Virus record (IMG/VR): IMGVR_UViG_3300032335_000499
Direction: 5' to 3' (one strand)
DNA: 64,000 nucleotides
From: a virus
Taxonomy: Duplodnaviria > Heunggongvirae > Uroviricota > Caudoviricetes
Position numbers and translations under genes: made by a program. The notes beneath the pieces are model-generated. The model did no database searches, was not told the DNA's origin, and saw only the letters and a list, made by a program, of their open reading frames with translations. Shown in pieces: positions 1-9,542 of the stretch; within the stretch, counting starts at the first letter, position 1, and each line of letters opens with the position of its first letter.

Positions 1-690
1 ATCGTTGCTGCTGGTAACCGCGATAGCGACAAGGGTGTTACGTATCGTATGCCGATGCCGCTTGCTAACCGTTTCGTTCACATTGAAATGCGTCCTGACT
101 TCAACTCTTGGCAGATTTGGGCTGTTAACAAGGGCATTCACAAGGATGTTGTTGGTTATCTCTCGTTCGCTAAGCAGGACATCTACGACTTTGATGCTAA
201 GTCTTCGAGCCGCGCATTCGCTACTCCGCGTTCGTGGACGTTCGTGAGCGACTTGCTTACTGATGAAGATAATGTTGATAACGATACATTGTTCAATCTT
301 GTTGCAGGTGCAGTCGGTGACGGTCTTGCTACGAAGTTCATGGCACACCGTAAGGTTGCTGGTAAGATGCCGAATCCTGCTGACATTCTTGAAGGCAAGG
401 TCAAGGAGCTTAACGTCAAGGAAATCTCTGCGATGTACTCGCTGACGATTTCTATGTGCTATGAGTTGAAGGACGCTATCGACAACAAGCGTGTTGATAA
501 CAAGAAGTTCCACGAAATGGCTGGCAACTTCTTTGAATACATGATGAAGAACTTCGAAACGGAGTTGGTTGTCATGGGCGCTAAGATTGCTCTCAAGACT
601 TACAAGCTTCCAATTGAGCCTTCGCAGCTTAACAACTTCGATGAATTCTACAAGAAGTACGGCAAGTACATTGTAGACGCTGGCAACTAA
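1..690 (+). CDS. MoxR-type AAA+ ATPase, 5'-truncated by window edge
   Basis: Frame 1 is open from base 1 (IVAAGNRDSDKG...PLANRFVH: sensor-1 and Arg-finger region of MoxR-like ATPases); VWA/metallopeptidase gene lies downstream. Confidence 0.8.
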   Translation: MVAAGNRDSDKGVTYRMPMPLANRFVHIEMRPDFNSWQIWAVNKGIHKDVVGYLSFAKQDIYDFDAKSSSRAFATPRSWTFVSDLLTDEDNVDNDTLFNLVAGAVGDGLATKFMAHRKVAGKMPNPADILEGKVKELNVKEISAMYSLTISMCYELKDAIDNKRVDNKKFHEMAGNFFEYMMKNFETELVVMGAKIALKTYKLPIEPSQLNNFDEFYKKYGKYIVDAGN

Positions 691-702
691 GTCAGCAGCT
701 CC

Positions 703-740
703 TGGGGGAAGGTTAGAGACAGCCTTCCCCCACCCTCTTT
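703..740 (+). terminator. GC-rich hairpin / possible weak terminator
   Basis: TGGGGGAAGGTT (703-714) pairs with AGCCTTCCCCCA (721-732); short T tail. Confidence 0.5.
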
Positions 741-1049
741 ATGTCTCATTCAAAGGATCCTTTTATGGCTAAGCCAATATTTAAATACACCACCGAGCAA
801 CAGCATCTTCGTAATTGCCAACAGCGGATCAACGGATTGACCGTCAGTGTTAATATGGGCAAACCGTATCAAACAGAACTTAATCGCATGATTGCTGCTC
901 GTGCAGACATTATAACACGAATTCCCGAAGCTGAACTTGCTGCAATGCAGGCTCACGAAAATCGTGTATTGACTGTTGCAGAAAAGGCAGCAGAAGCTAA
1001 GGCACTAGTCGAAGCAATGTCTGCAAATCGTGAAAAATCTTCAATTTAG
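741..1049 (+). CDS. hypothetical protein
   Basis: 102-aa ORF filling the gap; AAGGA before an internal ATG suggests the true start may be a few codons later. Confidence 0.65.
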   Translation: MSHSKDPFMAKPIFKYTTEQQHLRNCQQRINGLTVSVNMGKPYQTELNRMIAARADIITRIPEAELAAMQAHENRVLTVAEKAAEAKALVEAMSANREKSSI

Positions 1050-1051
1050 GC

Positions 1052-1080
1052 TTGACATTGGTTCCCTTTTGCGTTATAGT
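1052..1080 (+). promoter_or_regulatory. sigma70-type early promoter
   Basis: TTGACA-N17-TATAGT, with AAGGAG RBS before 1109. Confidence 0.8.
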
Positions 1081-1108
1081 GAAGATATAATCAATCGAAG
1101 GAGTTTTT

Positions 1109-2407
1109 ATGACAGGTATCACAACTGCTGACAAGCGCAAGTCTAAGCGTTCACGCAGCAAAAAGTTTGAAAATCTTGTTGGTCCTACTGACCCGCGTGT
1201 TGACCATGATGCTCGTGAGCGATTGATTACTGCCCGCATCGGTCTATTGCTTAAGCATGCCTTCTTCGGTAACCTCGCTACTCGTCTCCAACTTATCAAT
1301 GCTGATGATTGGTTGACTACTGCTGCTACTGACGGTCTTAAGCTGTATTACAACAGTCGTTTTATCATGATGCTCAAGCCGAAGGAAGTTGAATTCCTCG
1401 TTGCTCATGAAGTTATGCACGTTGTTTACGATCACATTGGTCGTCGTATTGACCGTGACCCCGAAATCTGGAACATCGCTAACGATTACACTGTAAACGC
1501 TGATCTTAAGAAGCACAAGGTCGGTGAGTTCATCACGACGGTTCCTTGCTTATACGAAAAGAAGTACGAGAACTGGACTTCGGAAGATATCTATGATGAT
1601 TTGATGAAGAATGTTCAGTATATCGATATTGATGACCTTCTTGACCAAATGCTTGATGACCATCTTGATGGTGAAGGTGACGATAGCGAAGACGGTGACG
1701 GCAACGAAGACCGCAAGGGTAAGGGTCGTCCTAAGATGTCCGAAGCCGAGCGTGAAGCTATGCGTCAGGAAGTCAAGCAGGCTATTCTGAATGCTGCACA
1801 ACAGGCAGAAGCAGGTTCAATGCCCGCAGGGGTTGAACGTCTTATCAAGCAGATGACTGACCCTGTCATGCCCTGGCGTGAACTTATCCAGACTAATCTG
1901 ACCTCTGCTATCAAGTCTGATTACACTTGGATGCGTCCTTCTCGTCGCTCGTGGCACATGGATGCTATCATGCCCGGTATGAACCCCGGTGAAGAAATCG
2001 ATGTTGATATCTATATCGACATGTCAGGTTCTATCAGCAACAAGCAGGGTATGCAGTTCCTTAGCGAAGTCGCTGGCATGATGGATGCGTTTGATGGTTA
2101 CAATCTCCGTGTGACTTGCTTTGATACCAAATGCTACAACACTCAGGAATTCTCTAACGAGAACATGGAGCGTATTGAAGAATACGAATTGCACGGAGGT
2201 GGTGGTACCGACTTCGATTGCATCTTTGATGACCTCAAAGAAGCTGGTCGTGTGCCCAATCGCTTGATTGTCTTCACTGACGGTTATCCGTTTGGTAGCT
2301 GGGGTGACGCTGATTACTGTGATACGACTTGGGTTATTCACGGTGACCCGAACCCCAATCCCCCGTTCGGTGTATATGCGATTTACGATGACCATCGTAA
2401 AAAGTGA
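1109..2407 (+). CDS. metallopeptidase (HExxH) + VWA domain protein (DUF2201-like), MoxR partner
   Basis: AHEVMH zincin motif; VWA MIDAS DMSGS, GGGGTDF, VFTDGY. Confidence 0.85.
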   Translation: MTGITTADKRKSKRSRSKKFENLVGPTDPRVDHDARERLITARIGLLLKHAFFGNLATRLQLINADDWLTTAATDGLKLYYNSRFIMMLKPKEVEFLVAHEVMHVVYDHIGRRIDRDPEIWNIANDYTVNADLKKHKVGEFITTVPCLYEKKYENWTSEDIYDDLMKNVQYIDIDDLLDQMLDDHLDGEGDDSEDGDGNEDRKGKGRPKMSEAEREAMRQEVKQAILNAAQQAEAGSMPAGVERLIKQMTDPVMPWRELIQTNLTSAIKSDYTWMRPSRRSWHMDAIMPGMNPGEEIDVDIYIDMSGSISNKQGMQFLSEVAGMMDAFDGYNLRVTCFDTKCYNTQEFSNENMERIEEYELHGGGGTDFDCIFDDLKEAGRVPNRLIVFTDGYPFGSWGDADYCDTTWVIHGDPNPNPPFGVYAIYDDHRKK

Positions 2408-2669
2408 TCTAGAACCCGTTTCGGAGACTCGTTACATATATGAGTCTCCAAACGGGGGAAAGACCGTTTACGCTAGAGAAATTGGTTCAGATAAGAGAGT
2501 TATCGTGAAACAGGATCCTTCCATTATTGAACGTCAACAGACAGCTATGAGGTCCAATCGGCTACTGACTATACTAAAGAAGTCACAAACCGATACTACG
2601 CTCAAGGATGCTCTAGAGGCGCTTGAAGCACTATATATCATTAAGTACGGCGATGCTAAAGACAATTGA
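2388..2669 (+). CDS. hypothetical protein
   Basis: ORF overlapping the VWA stop; IYESPNGGKTVYARE motif. Confidence 0.7.
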   Translation: MTIVKSDLEPVSETRYIYESPNGGKTVYAREIGSDKRVIVKQDPSIIERQQTAMRSNRLLTILKKSQTDTTLKDALEALEALYIIKYGDAKDN

Positions 2670-2892
2670 AGATATCAACCTACATACTTGGTTCATGAAC
2701 CGAGAATTAGACTTTGCCCCTAGTCATTTTGTGGGTTCTAACACACCTATAACTGATGAATCTAAGATTTGGATTCAAGAGAAGTTGTCCGGTCGATATG
2801 CTATGGCTTCTATAGAAAATTCTTTTCTAGAGTACGCTCCCTCATTTGAAGACCCTAAGGAAGCATTGTTCTACGAACTTACTTGGGGATGA
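2653..2892 (+). CDS. small protein, FxxExDxxxFxLxW paralogue family
   Basis: C-terminus FEDPKEALFYELTWG. Confidence 0.75.
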   Translation: MLKTIEDINLHTWFMNRELDFAPSHFVGSNTPITDESKIWIQEKLSGRYAMASIENSFLEYAPSFEDPKEALFYELTWG

Positions 2893-3125
2893 AACCCATA
2901 CGTATCAGTTCTGGTACGGGAAAGACCCCACAGGAAGTGTTGAAATGGCTTGACGCCAATATTGGTAAATCCAATTACAGAAACACTACTGATATTGTAG
3001 GCACAGAGTATATTGGGCAAGGCTGGTCTGCTCATTGGAATCATTACGGACATTATGGTTGGTTCCTAGATGTAAAATTCAATGACCCAAAACATGCCGC
3101 ATTCTTCACTCTACGCTGGAAATAA
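2889..3125 (+). CDS. small protein, FxxExDxxxFxLxW paralogue family
   Basis: C-terminus FNDPKHAAFFTLRWK; ATGA overlap. Confidence 0.75.
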   Translation: MKPIRISSGTGKTPQEVLKWLDANIGKSNYRNTTDIVGTEYIGQGWSAHWNHYGHYGWFLDVKFNDPKHAAFFTLRWK

Positions 3126-3184
3126 AATATTCTATAGCTATTTTCCAATTAAATACTTGTGCTAAATCACAAGGAGAAAAGCAA

Positions 3185-3901
3185 ATGGCTTTTACAAGAC
3201 ACGTTGGAAAACATGGAGACCGCAAAGTTGCAGTCGTATTCCGTGAAGTTCCAGGCGAACCGCACATGGCATTGGTCGTGTACACAGAAATTTTAAACCG
3301 AACTATCCATGATCCACTGGTTCAGTGCATTGAAAGTGATATCGGACAGAATAGCGAAGACCTCGCTCTTGCACTTAACCGCTCATATACCACTGATGGT
3401 CAAATAATTCTTCAAAAACTTCACGCTGAAGGCATGTTGAAGAAGGTTCAGACCGAATTGATTGTTATGACACCTCAGCCTAATACAAGAATCAAGTTGA
3501 ATGAACTTAACAAGATTCTTGATCAAATGAAGATGGGTGAAGATGCAGTTAAGAAGTTAGCTGAAATGGACAACCAATTGGGTATGCAGGATCCAATGGC
3601 AGTCGCAAGACGTATGCGCGGCGACAAGGATGCATTTACCCCTGAAACTATTCCGGGAAATAAACAGGCACCGACTGGTATCGATGCATCTGGTGATTTG
3701 TTAGGTGACACTACCCTTGCTAATAATCTTCGTCAACAGGCTTTAAGAATGGCAGCAGAAGCTAAAGGTCTGCTAGCGGAGTCAGAAAGAATGTTGAGTC
3801 AAGCAGATACATTAGCACCTAGTGCAGCAGCTACCACCGCAGTCGGAGTTCCATCTAAGAAGACAAGAGGGCGTCCTAAGAAAACTGTATCAGTTGCTTA
3901 A
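3185..3901 (+). CDS. hypothetical phage protein
   Basis: 238 aa, AAGGAG RBS, TAAATA upstream, C-terminal RGRPKK AT-hook-like tail. Confidence 0.8.
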   Translation: MAFTRHVGKHGDRKVAVVFREVPGEPHMALVVYTEILNRTIHDPLVQCIESDIGQNSEDLALALNRSYTTDGQIILQKLHAEGMLKKVQTELIVMTPQPNTRIKLNELNKILDQMKMGEDAVKKLAEMDNQLGMQDPMAVARRMRGDKDAFTPETIPGNKQAPTGIDASGDLLGDTTLANNLRQQALRMAAEAKGLLAESERMLSQADTLAPSAAATTAVGVPSKKTRGRPKKTVSVA

Positions 3902-3920
3902 ATTTAGTAAGGATTAATGA

Positions 3921-4217
3921 ATGTCACCCGAGTTTATCCAGAAGTGGGAAAACTTATTACAGGATGTTGACAAGCAAAAAGTACCAATTGAATTTATCAA
4001 AAAGATAATTCTTAGGCTTCAAGGTAAAAGACAACGTACTATTAATATTGAAAAATTGTTAGATCAGGGACTAGATCCGGATCATGTTGAAGATATTATT
4101 AGTAGAAAGATTATTGACCTTGATGACGAAGTTATCGGAATTGAATTTTTACTTAATGTTCAAAGCATTGCAGATGTAGTGCAACCAGAAACAGACAAAT
4201 TACTGAATGGACTATGA
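3921..4217 (+). CDS. hypothetical protein
   Basis: 98-aa ORF with AAGGA RBS. Confidence 0.75.
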   Translation: MSPEFIQKWENLLQDVDKQKVPIEFIKKIILRLQGKRQRTINIEKLLDQGLDPDHVEDIISRKIIDLDDEVIGIEFLLNVQSIADVVQPETDKLLNGL

Positions 4218-4675
4218 AATTAATATTAGCATGTGACCCTAACGGGGGAATAGGCTATCAAAACAAGTTGCCCTGGACTAACGTCCGGGGCGATTTGCCA
4301 AGATTTAAACGCTTAACTGACGGGCAAAACGTCATTATGGGACGCAACACTTGGGATAGCTTACCAAAAAAACCACTTCCTGGCCGACTCAACTTTGTCG
4401 TATCTTCTAGTGAACTAGAAGCGGAACATCACAATGTAATTAGAGTGCCGGACATGGAATTCAATCAGCCCGATGATGTAGAATTTTGGATAATAGGTGG
4501 AGCCAGACTAGTTGAAACTTCTTGGAAAAACATAAACGAAATTCATTTAACCAAAGTATATGACCATTACGCTTGCGATACCTTCATAGATTTGCTATAC
4601 ATAGAACATAACTATGTAAGGACCTACAGCGAAATGTTTCCTGACCATACATATGAGATTTGGAAGAAAAAATGA
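4214..4675 (+). CDS. frd: dihydrofolate reductase
   Basis: GIGYQNKLPW, IMGRNTWDSLP, PLPGRLN, IIGG motifs. Confidence 0.95.
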   Translation: MKLILACDPNGGIGYQNKLPWTNVRGDLPRFKRLTDGQNVIMGRNTWDSLPKKPLPGRLNFVVSSSELEAEHHNVIRVPDMEFNQPDDVEFWIIGGARLVETSWKNINEIHLTKVYDHYACDTFIDLLYIEHNYVRTYSEMFPDHTYEIWKKK

Positions 4676-5502
4676 GGCAATATCACGATTTACTAGAAGA
4701 CATACTAAATAATGGTGAAATCAAAGATGACCGAACAGGCGTCGGCACTATCAGCGTCTTCGGTCGGCAATTACGATTTGACTTGACAGTAGGTTTTCCT
4801 GCTGTAACAACTAAGAAGTTAGCATGGAAATCAGTAGTTAGTGAACTACTGTGGTTTATAGAAGGGAGCGGAGATGAGAGAAGACTTGCAGAAATTTTAT
4901 ACGGATCCAGAGATCCTGAACGTAGTACGATATGGACAGGAAACGCTCAAGCAGCTTATTGGACGCCAAAAGCGAGATATGACGGGGATTTGGGACGAGT
5001 ATACGGTGTACAGTGGAGAGACTGGCGAGGAGTTGACCAACTCTCAAATCTAATTGAGGGCATCAAGAATGACCCTAACGGTCGTAGACATATCATCACT
5101 GCATGGAATGTAGATGAACTAGATAAGATGGCGTTGCCTCCCTGCCACGTTCTCGCACAGTTTTATGTTAGTAACGGTAAACTAAGCTGCCATATGTATC
5201 AGCGTAGCGTTGACGTATTCCTTGGCTTACCCTTCAACATCGCCAGCTATGCATTGCTTACTCATATGATTGCGCAGGTATGTGACCTAAAAGTAGGCGA
5301 ACTTATCATTTCTACTGGTGACACTCATATCTACAGTAACCATATTGAACAAGTTAAAGAGCAGCTTTCACGAGAAGAATACCCATTACCTCTCCTTTTT
5401 CTTGATCCTAAGATAAAAAACATTGACAAATTCATAATGGATGATATACTGTTATTTGACTATCAGAGTCATGGAACTATTAAGGCTGATATGGCAGTAT
5501 GA
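4672..5502 (+). CDS. thyA: thymidylate synthase
   Basis: DRTGVGT, ELLWF, MALPPCH, YQRSVDVFLGLPFN, HIYSNH. Confidence 0.97.
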   Translation: MRQYHDLLEDILNNGEIKDDRTGVGTISVFGRQLRFDLTVGFPAVTTKKLAWKSVVSELLWFIEGSGDERRLAEILYGSRDPERSTIWTGNAQAAYWTPKARYDGDLGRVYGVQWRDWRGVDQLSNLIEGIKNDPNGRRHIITAWNVDELDKMALPPCHVLAQFYVSNGKLSCHMYQRSVDVFLGLPFNIASYALLTHMIAQVCDLKVGELIISTGDTHIYSNHIEQVKEQLSREEYPLPLLFLDPKIKNIDKFIMDDILLFDYQSHGTIKADMAV

Positions 5503-5738
5503 AAACAATTGTTGCTCATCGCTTCACCGTCGGAGACGTTGAAGACCCTGATATCTATGCTGCCGAACCTCTTTGGGAATGGCAGAATAGTGAAGCAGGT
5601 AAGTGGGCAATGGAAAATTGTACTGAAACTCCTAGTTGGCATCGTGATATAGATGCAGCTAGATTTGGCTATAGTTACCAAATAAGAATTACCTTAACCC
5701 CTAAGCAACTCGTATATTGGAAATTGAAGTATGACTAG
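5499..5738 (+). CDS. small protein, divergent member of the C-terminal-motif paralogue family
   Basis: WAMENC helix and C-terminus LTPKQLVYWKLKYD. Confidence 0.7.
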   Translation: MKTIVAHRFTVGDVEDPDIYAAEPLWEWQNSEAGKWAMENCTETPSWHRDIDAARFGYSYQIRITLTPKQLVYWKLKYD

Positions 5739-6018
5739 AGAAGAAATTATCAACAGCATGTGCTTGACCTTTCGTCACGATTACGGACTTGTAATCAGTG
5801 AAGACGATAGAATGTACACGCTTAACTCGGGTATGACAGAACTAGAACGACAGGGGTTATTCAACACTATGTCACAAGTTTTTGACCATCACTTTGCTAC
5901 TTCATTAGAAGAATATCGCAAGGTCAACGAAGGTGAATTCATTACTATTCCAAAGAGTGCTGAACATGCAAAAGCTATGATGGGCGTTGCACAATGGTAC
6001 CTAGATAACCAAGGATGA
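5731..6018 (+). CDS. hypothetical protein
   Basis: 95-aa ORF overlapping both neighbours. Confidence 0.7.
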   Translation: MTREEIINSMCLTFRHDYGLVISEDDRMYTLNSGMTELERQGLFNTMSQVFDHHFATSLEEYRKVNEGEFITIPKSAEHAKAMMGVAQWYLDNQG

Positions 6019-6980
6019 GAATGCTAGTAACAGGTGGCCTAGGCTTTATTGGTCACAATGTGGTTTCTAAGTTAGAAGACTTAGGTCATGATGTTCTAAT
6101 CATTGACAACATGACTGATTACGGTATCATTCCAAAAAATGAAATGGATTACCTACTAGACGAAAGAATCAAGAAGATTCGGTCGGTGTGTACTCCGCTA
6201 CCCATTGAAAACAAGGATGCCATAGACAACATTTTTAAAAGCTTTAAGCCAAACGTTGTCATTCATTTAGCAAGTTTTCCCCGTCAGAAAGTAGTGAACA
6301 GCAATCCGTCATTTGGCGCCCGAGTAATGATTGAGGGCCTGTTGAATCTTTGCGAAGCTTCAAAACGCAACAACGTTGAGAAGTTTGTGTATGTGAGTAG
6401 TAGCATGGTCTATGGTGACTTTGCTGATGATGTAACAGAGGATGCTGAGTGTAAGCCTCAAGGTATGTACGGTATTATGAAACTAGCCGGTGAATGGCTA
6501 GTGAAAGATTATCATGACAGAGGGGCATTTGATTATACTGTCATACGTCCTAGTGCGGTGTACGGGCCTTGTGATGTAGAAGACCGTGTGGTGTCAAAGT
6601 TTCTTTTGGCAGCGTTACGTGACGAAACTATCATGGTAAATGGTTCGGAAGAAACGTTAGACTTTTCGTATGTTGACGATGTGGCTGATGGCATTGTAGC
6701 AGCTACGTTGTCGCACAATACAGCCAACAAGTGCTATAACGTCACGAGAGGAGCTTCTAGGACACTATTAGAAGCAGCAGAGCTAGCAGTTAAAATTGCA
6801 GGCAAGGGTACAATTGAAGTTAGGGACAGGGATTCGTCCTTTCCCAGCAGGGGAGCATTGAATATTGATGCTGCTAGACAAGACTTTGATTTTGACCCTA
6901 AGGTTGATATAGAAGAAGGATTTCAAAGATACTATGAGTATCTTTGTAGTTCCCCATTTTGGAAGGATAAAATTAAATGA
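6015..6980 (+). CDS. NAD-dependent nucleotide-sugar epimerase/dehydratase (extended SDR)
   Basis: TGGLGFIG, SSSMVYG, YGIMK (YxxxK), RPSAVYGP. Confidence 0.92.
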   Translation: MRMLVTGGLGFIGHNVVSKLEDLGHDVLIIDNMTDYGIIPKNEMDYLLDERIKKIRSVCTPLPIENKDAIDNIFKSFKPNVVIHLASFPRQKVVNSNPSFGARVMIEGLLNLCEASKRNNVEKFVYVSSSMVYGDFADDVTEDAECKPQGMYGIMKLAGEWLVKDYHDRGAFDYTVIRPSAVYGPCDVEDRVVSKFLLAALRDETIMVNGSEETLDFSYVDDVADGIVAATLSHNTANKCYNVTRGASRTLLEAAELAVKIAGKGTIEVRDRDSSFPSRGALNIDAARQDFDFDPKVDIEEGFQRYYEYLCSSPFWKDKIK

Positions 6981-7189
6981 GCGATTTAGAAACTGCCTTA
7001 AAAACGCATGATTGGACTTTGGCTGGATATAAATCCAGAGTTAATGTAGACAAGTTGATGAAAGAAAATCCTGAACAATCATCGGCGCTATGGGAACAAT
7101 ATTGTCCGTGGTCTGATACTAACGGCGGATTACTTGAATGGTGGGCAAAAAATGATAATTCCGCATTTCGGCCTAGCAAGACAGTATAA
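6977..7189 (+). CDS. hypothetical protein
   Basis: 70-aa ORF with ATGA overlap. Confidence 0.6.
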   Translation: MSDLETALKTHDWTLAGYKSRVNVDKLMKENPEQSSALWEQYCPWSDTNGGLLEWWAKNDNSAFRPSKTV

Positions 7190-8219
7190 TAACCTTCAAG
7201 ATGAGTTGCTAGACGCAACCCATGATGCCTTAAAGGAAGGGGTGCTGATTAATGGCCCCTACACTGCCGCATTAGAATCATGGCTATGTAATTACACAGG
7301 CTGTAAGTTTGCTACAGTCACTCACAGTGGAACTCATGCACTAGAATTTATCGCAGGCTATCATTACGATTTGTCATTTTTAGCAGGGGAAGAAGAACCG
7401 CCGCGCATTCGCATTCCAAACTTAACTTTTCCCGCCACGTTGAATGCGTTTGTCAGTACAGGATGGGACGTTGAACTAGTTGACACGGACAATAACGGAT
7501 TGTTTAAGTTTGATGATGACTATGAAGATGGTTTTAACAGTTACACCTGCTTTGTAGGATTGTATGGTGCTAGCCCAAATCGTAGCTTCTATTCTAATAC
7601 AATCGTAGACGGTGCGCAGCACTGGTTAGCAGTAAACCAACATCAAGTCGGTGATGCTATGGCTATCAGTTTTGATCCTACTAAGAACTTACCGAGTAGC
7701 GGCAATGGCGGCGCAATAGTAACAAATGATCAATCACTGTATGATTGGGTAAATGTCATGAAGAACAATGGCAAGTTTGAACATTACTATCCCGGCACTA
7801 ACAGTAAGATGAGTGAATTAGAATGCGCCCATTTGTTGGTTAGGTCCAAATATATTGATAGATGGCAAAATCGCAGAGAAAAAATACGAAATTACTACTT
7901 GGATAGATTTGAGGATTTGCCTTTTAGATGTCTCAGTGAACCTTTTGATAAACATGCCGATCAAAAGTTTGTTATCTACACCCAAACTCGAAATGAGCTA
8001 CATGAGTATTTACACGGTAACAAAATTGAATCTAGGATTCATTATCCTCAGGCATTAAGTGAGTTACCTATTGCCAAAGATATTATCAAAAAGCCAGACA
8101 TGATAAGCACCAGCATAGCATTGTCTCGCGGGGTGTTGAGTCTTCCTATCTATCCCGAACTTTCGGATAGTGAAGTAGAGGCGGTTGCAGACACGGTTTG
8201 TAAGTTTTTTGATAAATAA
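7152..8219 (+). CDS. DegT/DnrJ/EryC1/StrS PLP-dependent sugar aminotransferase
   Basis: SGTHAL, VDGAQ, SFDPTKNL (PLP lysine), GGAIVT, LSLPIYP. Confidence 0.92.
   Translation: MIIPHFGLARQYNNLQDELLDATHDALKEGVLINGPYTAALESWLCNYTGCKFATVTHSGTHALEFIAGYHYDLSFLAGEEEPPRIRIPNLTFPATLNAFVSTGWDVELVDTDNNGLFKFDDDYEDGFNSYTCFVGLYGASPNRSFYSNTIVDGAQHWLAVNQHQVGDAMAISFDPTKNLPSSGNGGAIVTNDQSLYDWVNVMKNNGKFEHYYPGTNSKMSELECAHLLVRSKYIDRWQNRREKIRNYYLDRFEDLPFRCLSEPFDKHADQKFVIYTQTRNELHEYLHGNKIESRIHYPQALSELPIAKDIIKKPDMISTSIALSRGVLSLPIYPELSDSEVEAVADTVCKFFDK
8213..8218 (+). promoter_or_regulatory. T4-late-like promoter
   Basis: GATAAATA 7 nt before the ATG at 8226; motif recurs before structural genes. Confidence 0.65.
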
Positions 8220-8225
8220 TACGTT

Positions 8226-8687
8226 ATGAACATTTACTGGATACTCACCCTTCTCCCCGTATGGATCATTCACTCAGTATTAGGACTGGGTGTACTAGGT
8301 CTATTGATTGCATTCTTTGTGCAACGCATTCCATTCGTCAAAACATATGGATATATGATTAAGATTGTGTCTTCAATCTTGTTAGTGTTGGGCCTATTCT
8401 TGCAAGGTGCATTAGCGTATAAAGAAAGCACTGCACTCGCAGTAGCAGAGCTTGAAGCTAAGTTAGCTAAAGCGGAAGCAAAATCACAGAAAACCAATGT
8501 AGAAATTGTTGAGAAGATCGTCACTGATACACAAGTCATTCGCACCAAAGGCAAGACTATTACTGAATATGTTGACCGCGAAGTTATCAAGTACGAAACC
8601 AAATGTCCACTTCCTACTGAGGTAATCCGCGCACACAATGCTGCTGCTACGATGGATCCTAGTAAGCTTGAAGGAGACAAGAAGTGA
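8226..8687 (+). CDS. inner-membrane spanin (Rz-like)
   Basis: N-terminal TM helices, coiled periplasmic region, C-terminal CPLP...HN; adjacent lipoprotein gene. Confidence 0.7.
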   Translation: MNIYWILTLLPVWIIHSVLGLGVLGLLIAFFVQRIPFVKTYGYMIKIVSSILLVLGLFLQGALAYKESTALAVAELEAKLAKAEAKSQKTNVEIVEKIVTDTQVIRTKGKTITEYVDREVIKYETKCPLPTEVIRAHNAAATMDPSKLEGDKK

Positions 8688-8956
8688 AGAAATTAATGCT
8701 TCTCCCGCTTGTTCTACTATCAGGTTGCAGTATTACCGCAGTTCCAGTAACACCTAATTTTCCAGAGGCTCCGGCAACATTACAAGAAAAATGTGCTGAT
8801 TTAAAAGAAGTTGCTGAAGGTGCTTCACTCACAGAATTCACTAAAATAGTAGTAGAAAACTATATTCTATATCACGAATGCAAAGTCAAAGTTGAAGGCT
8901 GGAACGAGTGGTATACTAAGCAAAAAGCTATTTTTGAAGAAGCTACCAAAAAGTAA
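8684..8956 (+). CDS. outer-membrane spanin (Rz1-like lipoprotein)
   Basis: Lipobox LLSGC, Pro-rich linker, two further Cys (C...NY..YHEC). Confidence 0.75.
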   Translation: MKKLMLLPLVLLSGCSITAVPVTPNFPEAPATLQEKCADLKEVAEGASLTEFTKIVVENYILYHECKVKVEGWNEWYTKQKAIFEEATKK

Positions 8957-9002
8957 TCTTGAGTCTAGTATGATAAATACTAGATAACAACGGAAGATTA
9001 CT

Positions 9003-9542
9003 ATGTCCACCCAAGAAATTATTAATATTGGTACACTACCTAACGATGGTGAAGGTGATCCGCTAAGAGTAGCGTTTGGTAAGATCAATAATAACTTCGC
9101 TAACCTGTTCCCTACTGCAATCAACACTAGCAGCTCCTATTCAGTTGGAGACGCTCCTGGACAATTGATATTTGAAACTGATGCTAACACATTTACCCTA
9201 GGCCAATTTTATGTATATGCGGCTGACCCTACTGGTAATAATAGCCAAAGTATGCAATTAAACGCACAAATTAATCAAGATTTAGATGATGCAAAGTTTA
9301 GTGCTGTAGGTACCTCAGTATTCGGAAATGCATTAACTAGCTATAGTATGCAGGTAGTGGGAGGTAATGTACAATTACTTGCAGACCCAATTCAAGATAC
9401 GACTATCTTTCACTTCATAGGTTCTCAGATTATTTGGACAGGTGCTAATGTTGCCGGCTTACTGCTGGGAATAGATGGTTATGTAGATTCAGTAATTTCT
9501 ACTGAAAATGCCTTGAATGTTGAAACTGAACAGTCATTCTAA
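9003..9542 (+). CDS. virion protein with T4 gp9/gp10-like N-terminus
   Basis: INIGTLPNDGEGDPLRVAFGKINNNF motif; GATAAATA upstream. Confidence 0.7.
   Translation: MSTQEIINIGTLPNDGEGDPLRVAFGKINNNFANLFPTAINTSSSYSVGDAPGQLIFETDANTFTLGQFYVYAADPTGNNSQSMQLNAQINQDLDDAKFSAVGTSVFGNALTSYSMQVVGGNVQLLADPIQDTTIFHFIGSQIIWTGANVAGLLLGIDGYVDSVISTENALNVETEQSF

Noticed and set aside
4672-5502. Group I intron in thymidylate synthase as in T4 td
   Set aside because: ORF is continuous and of normal length; no inteins or introns evident in terminase, helicases or UvsX either
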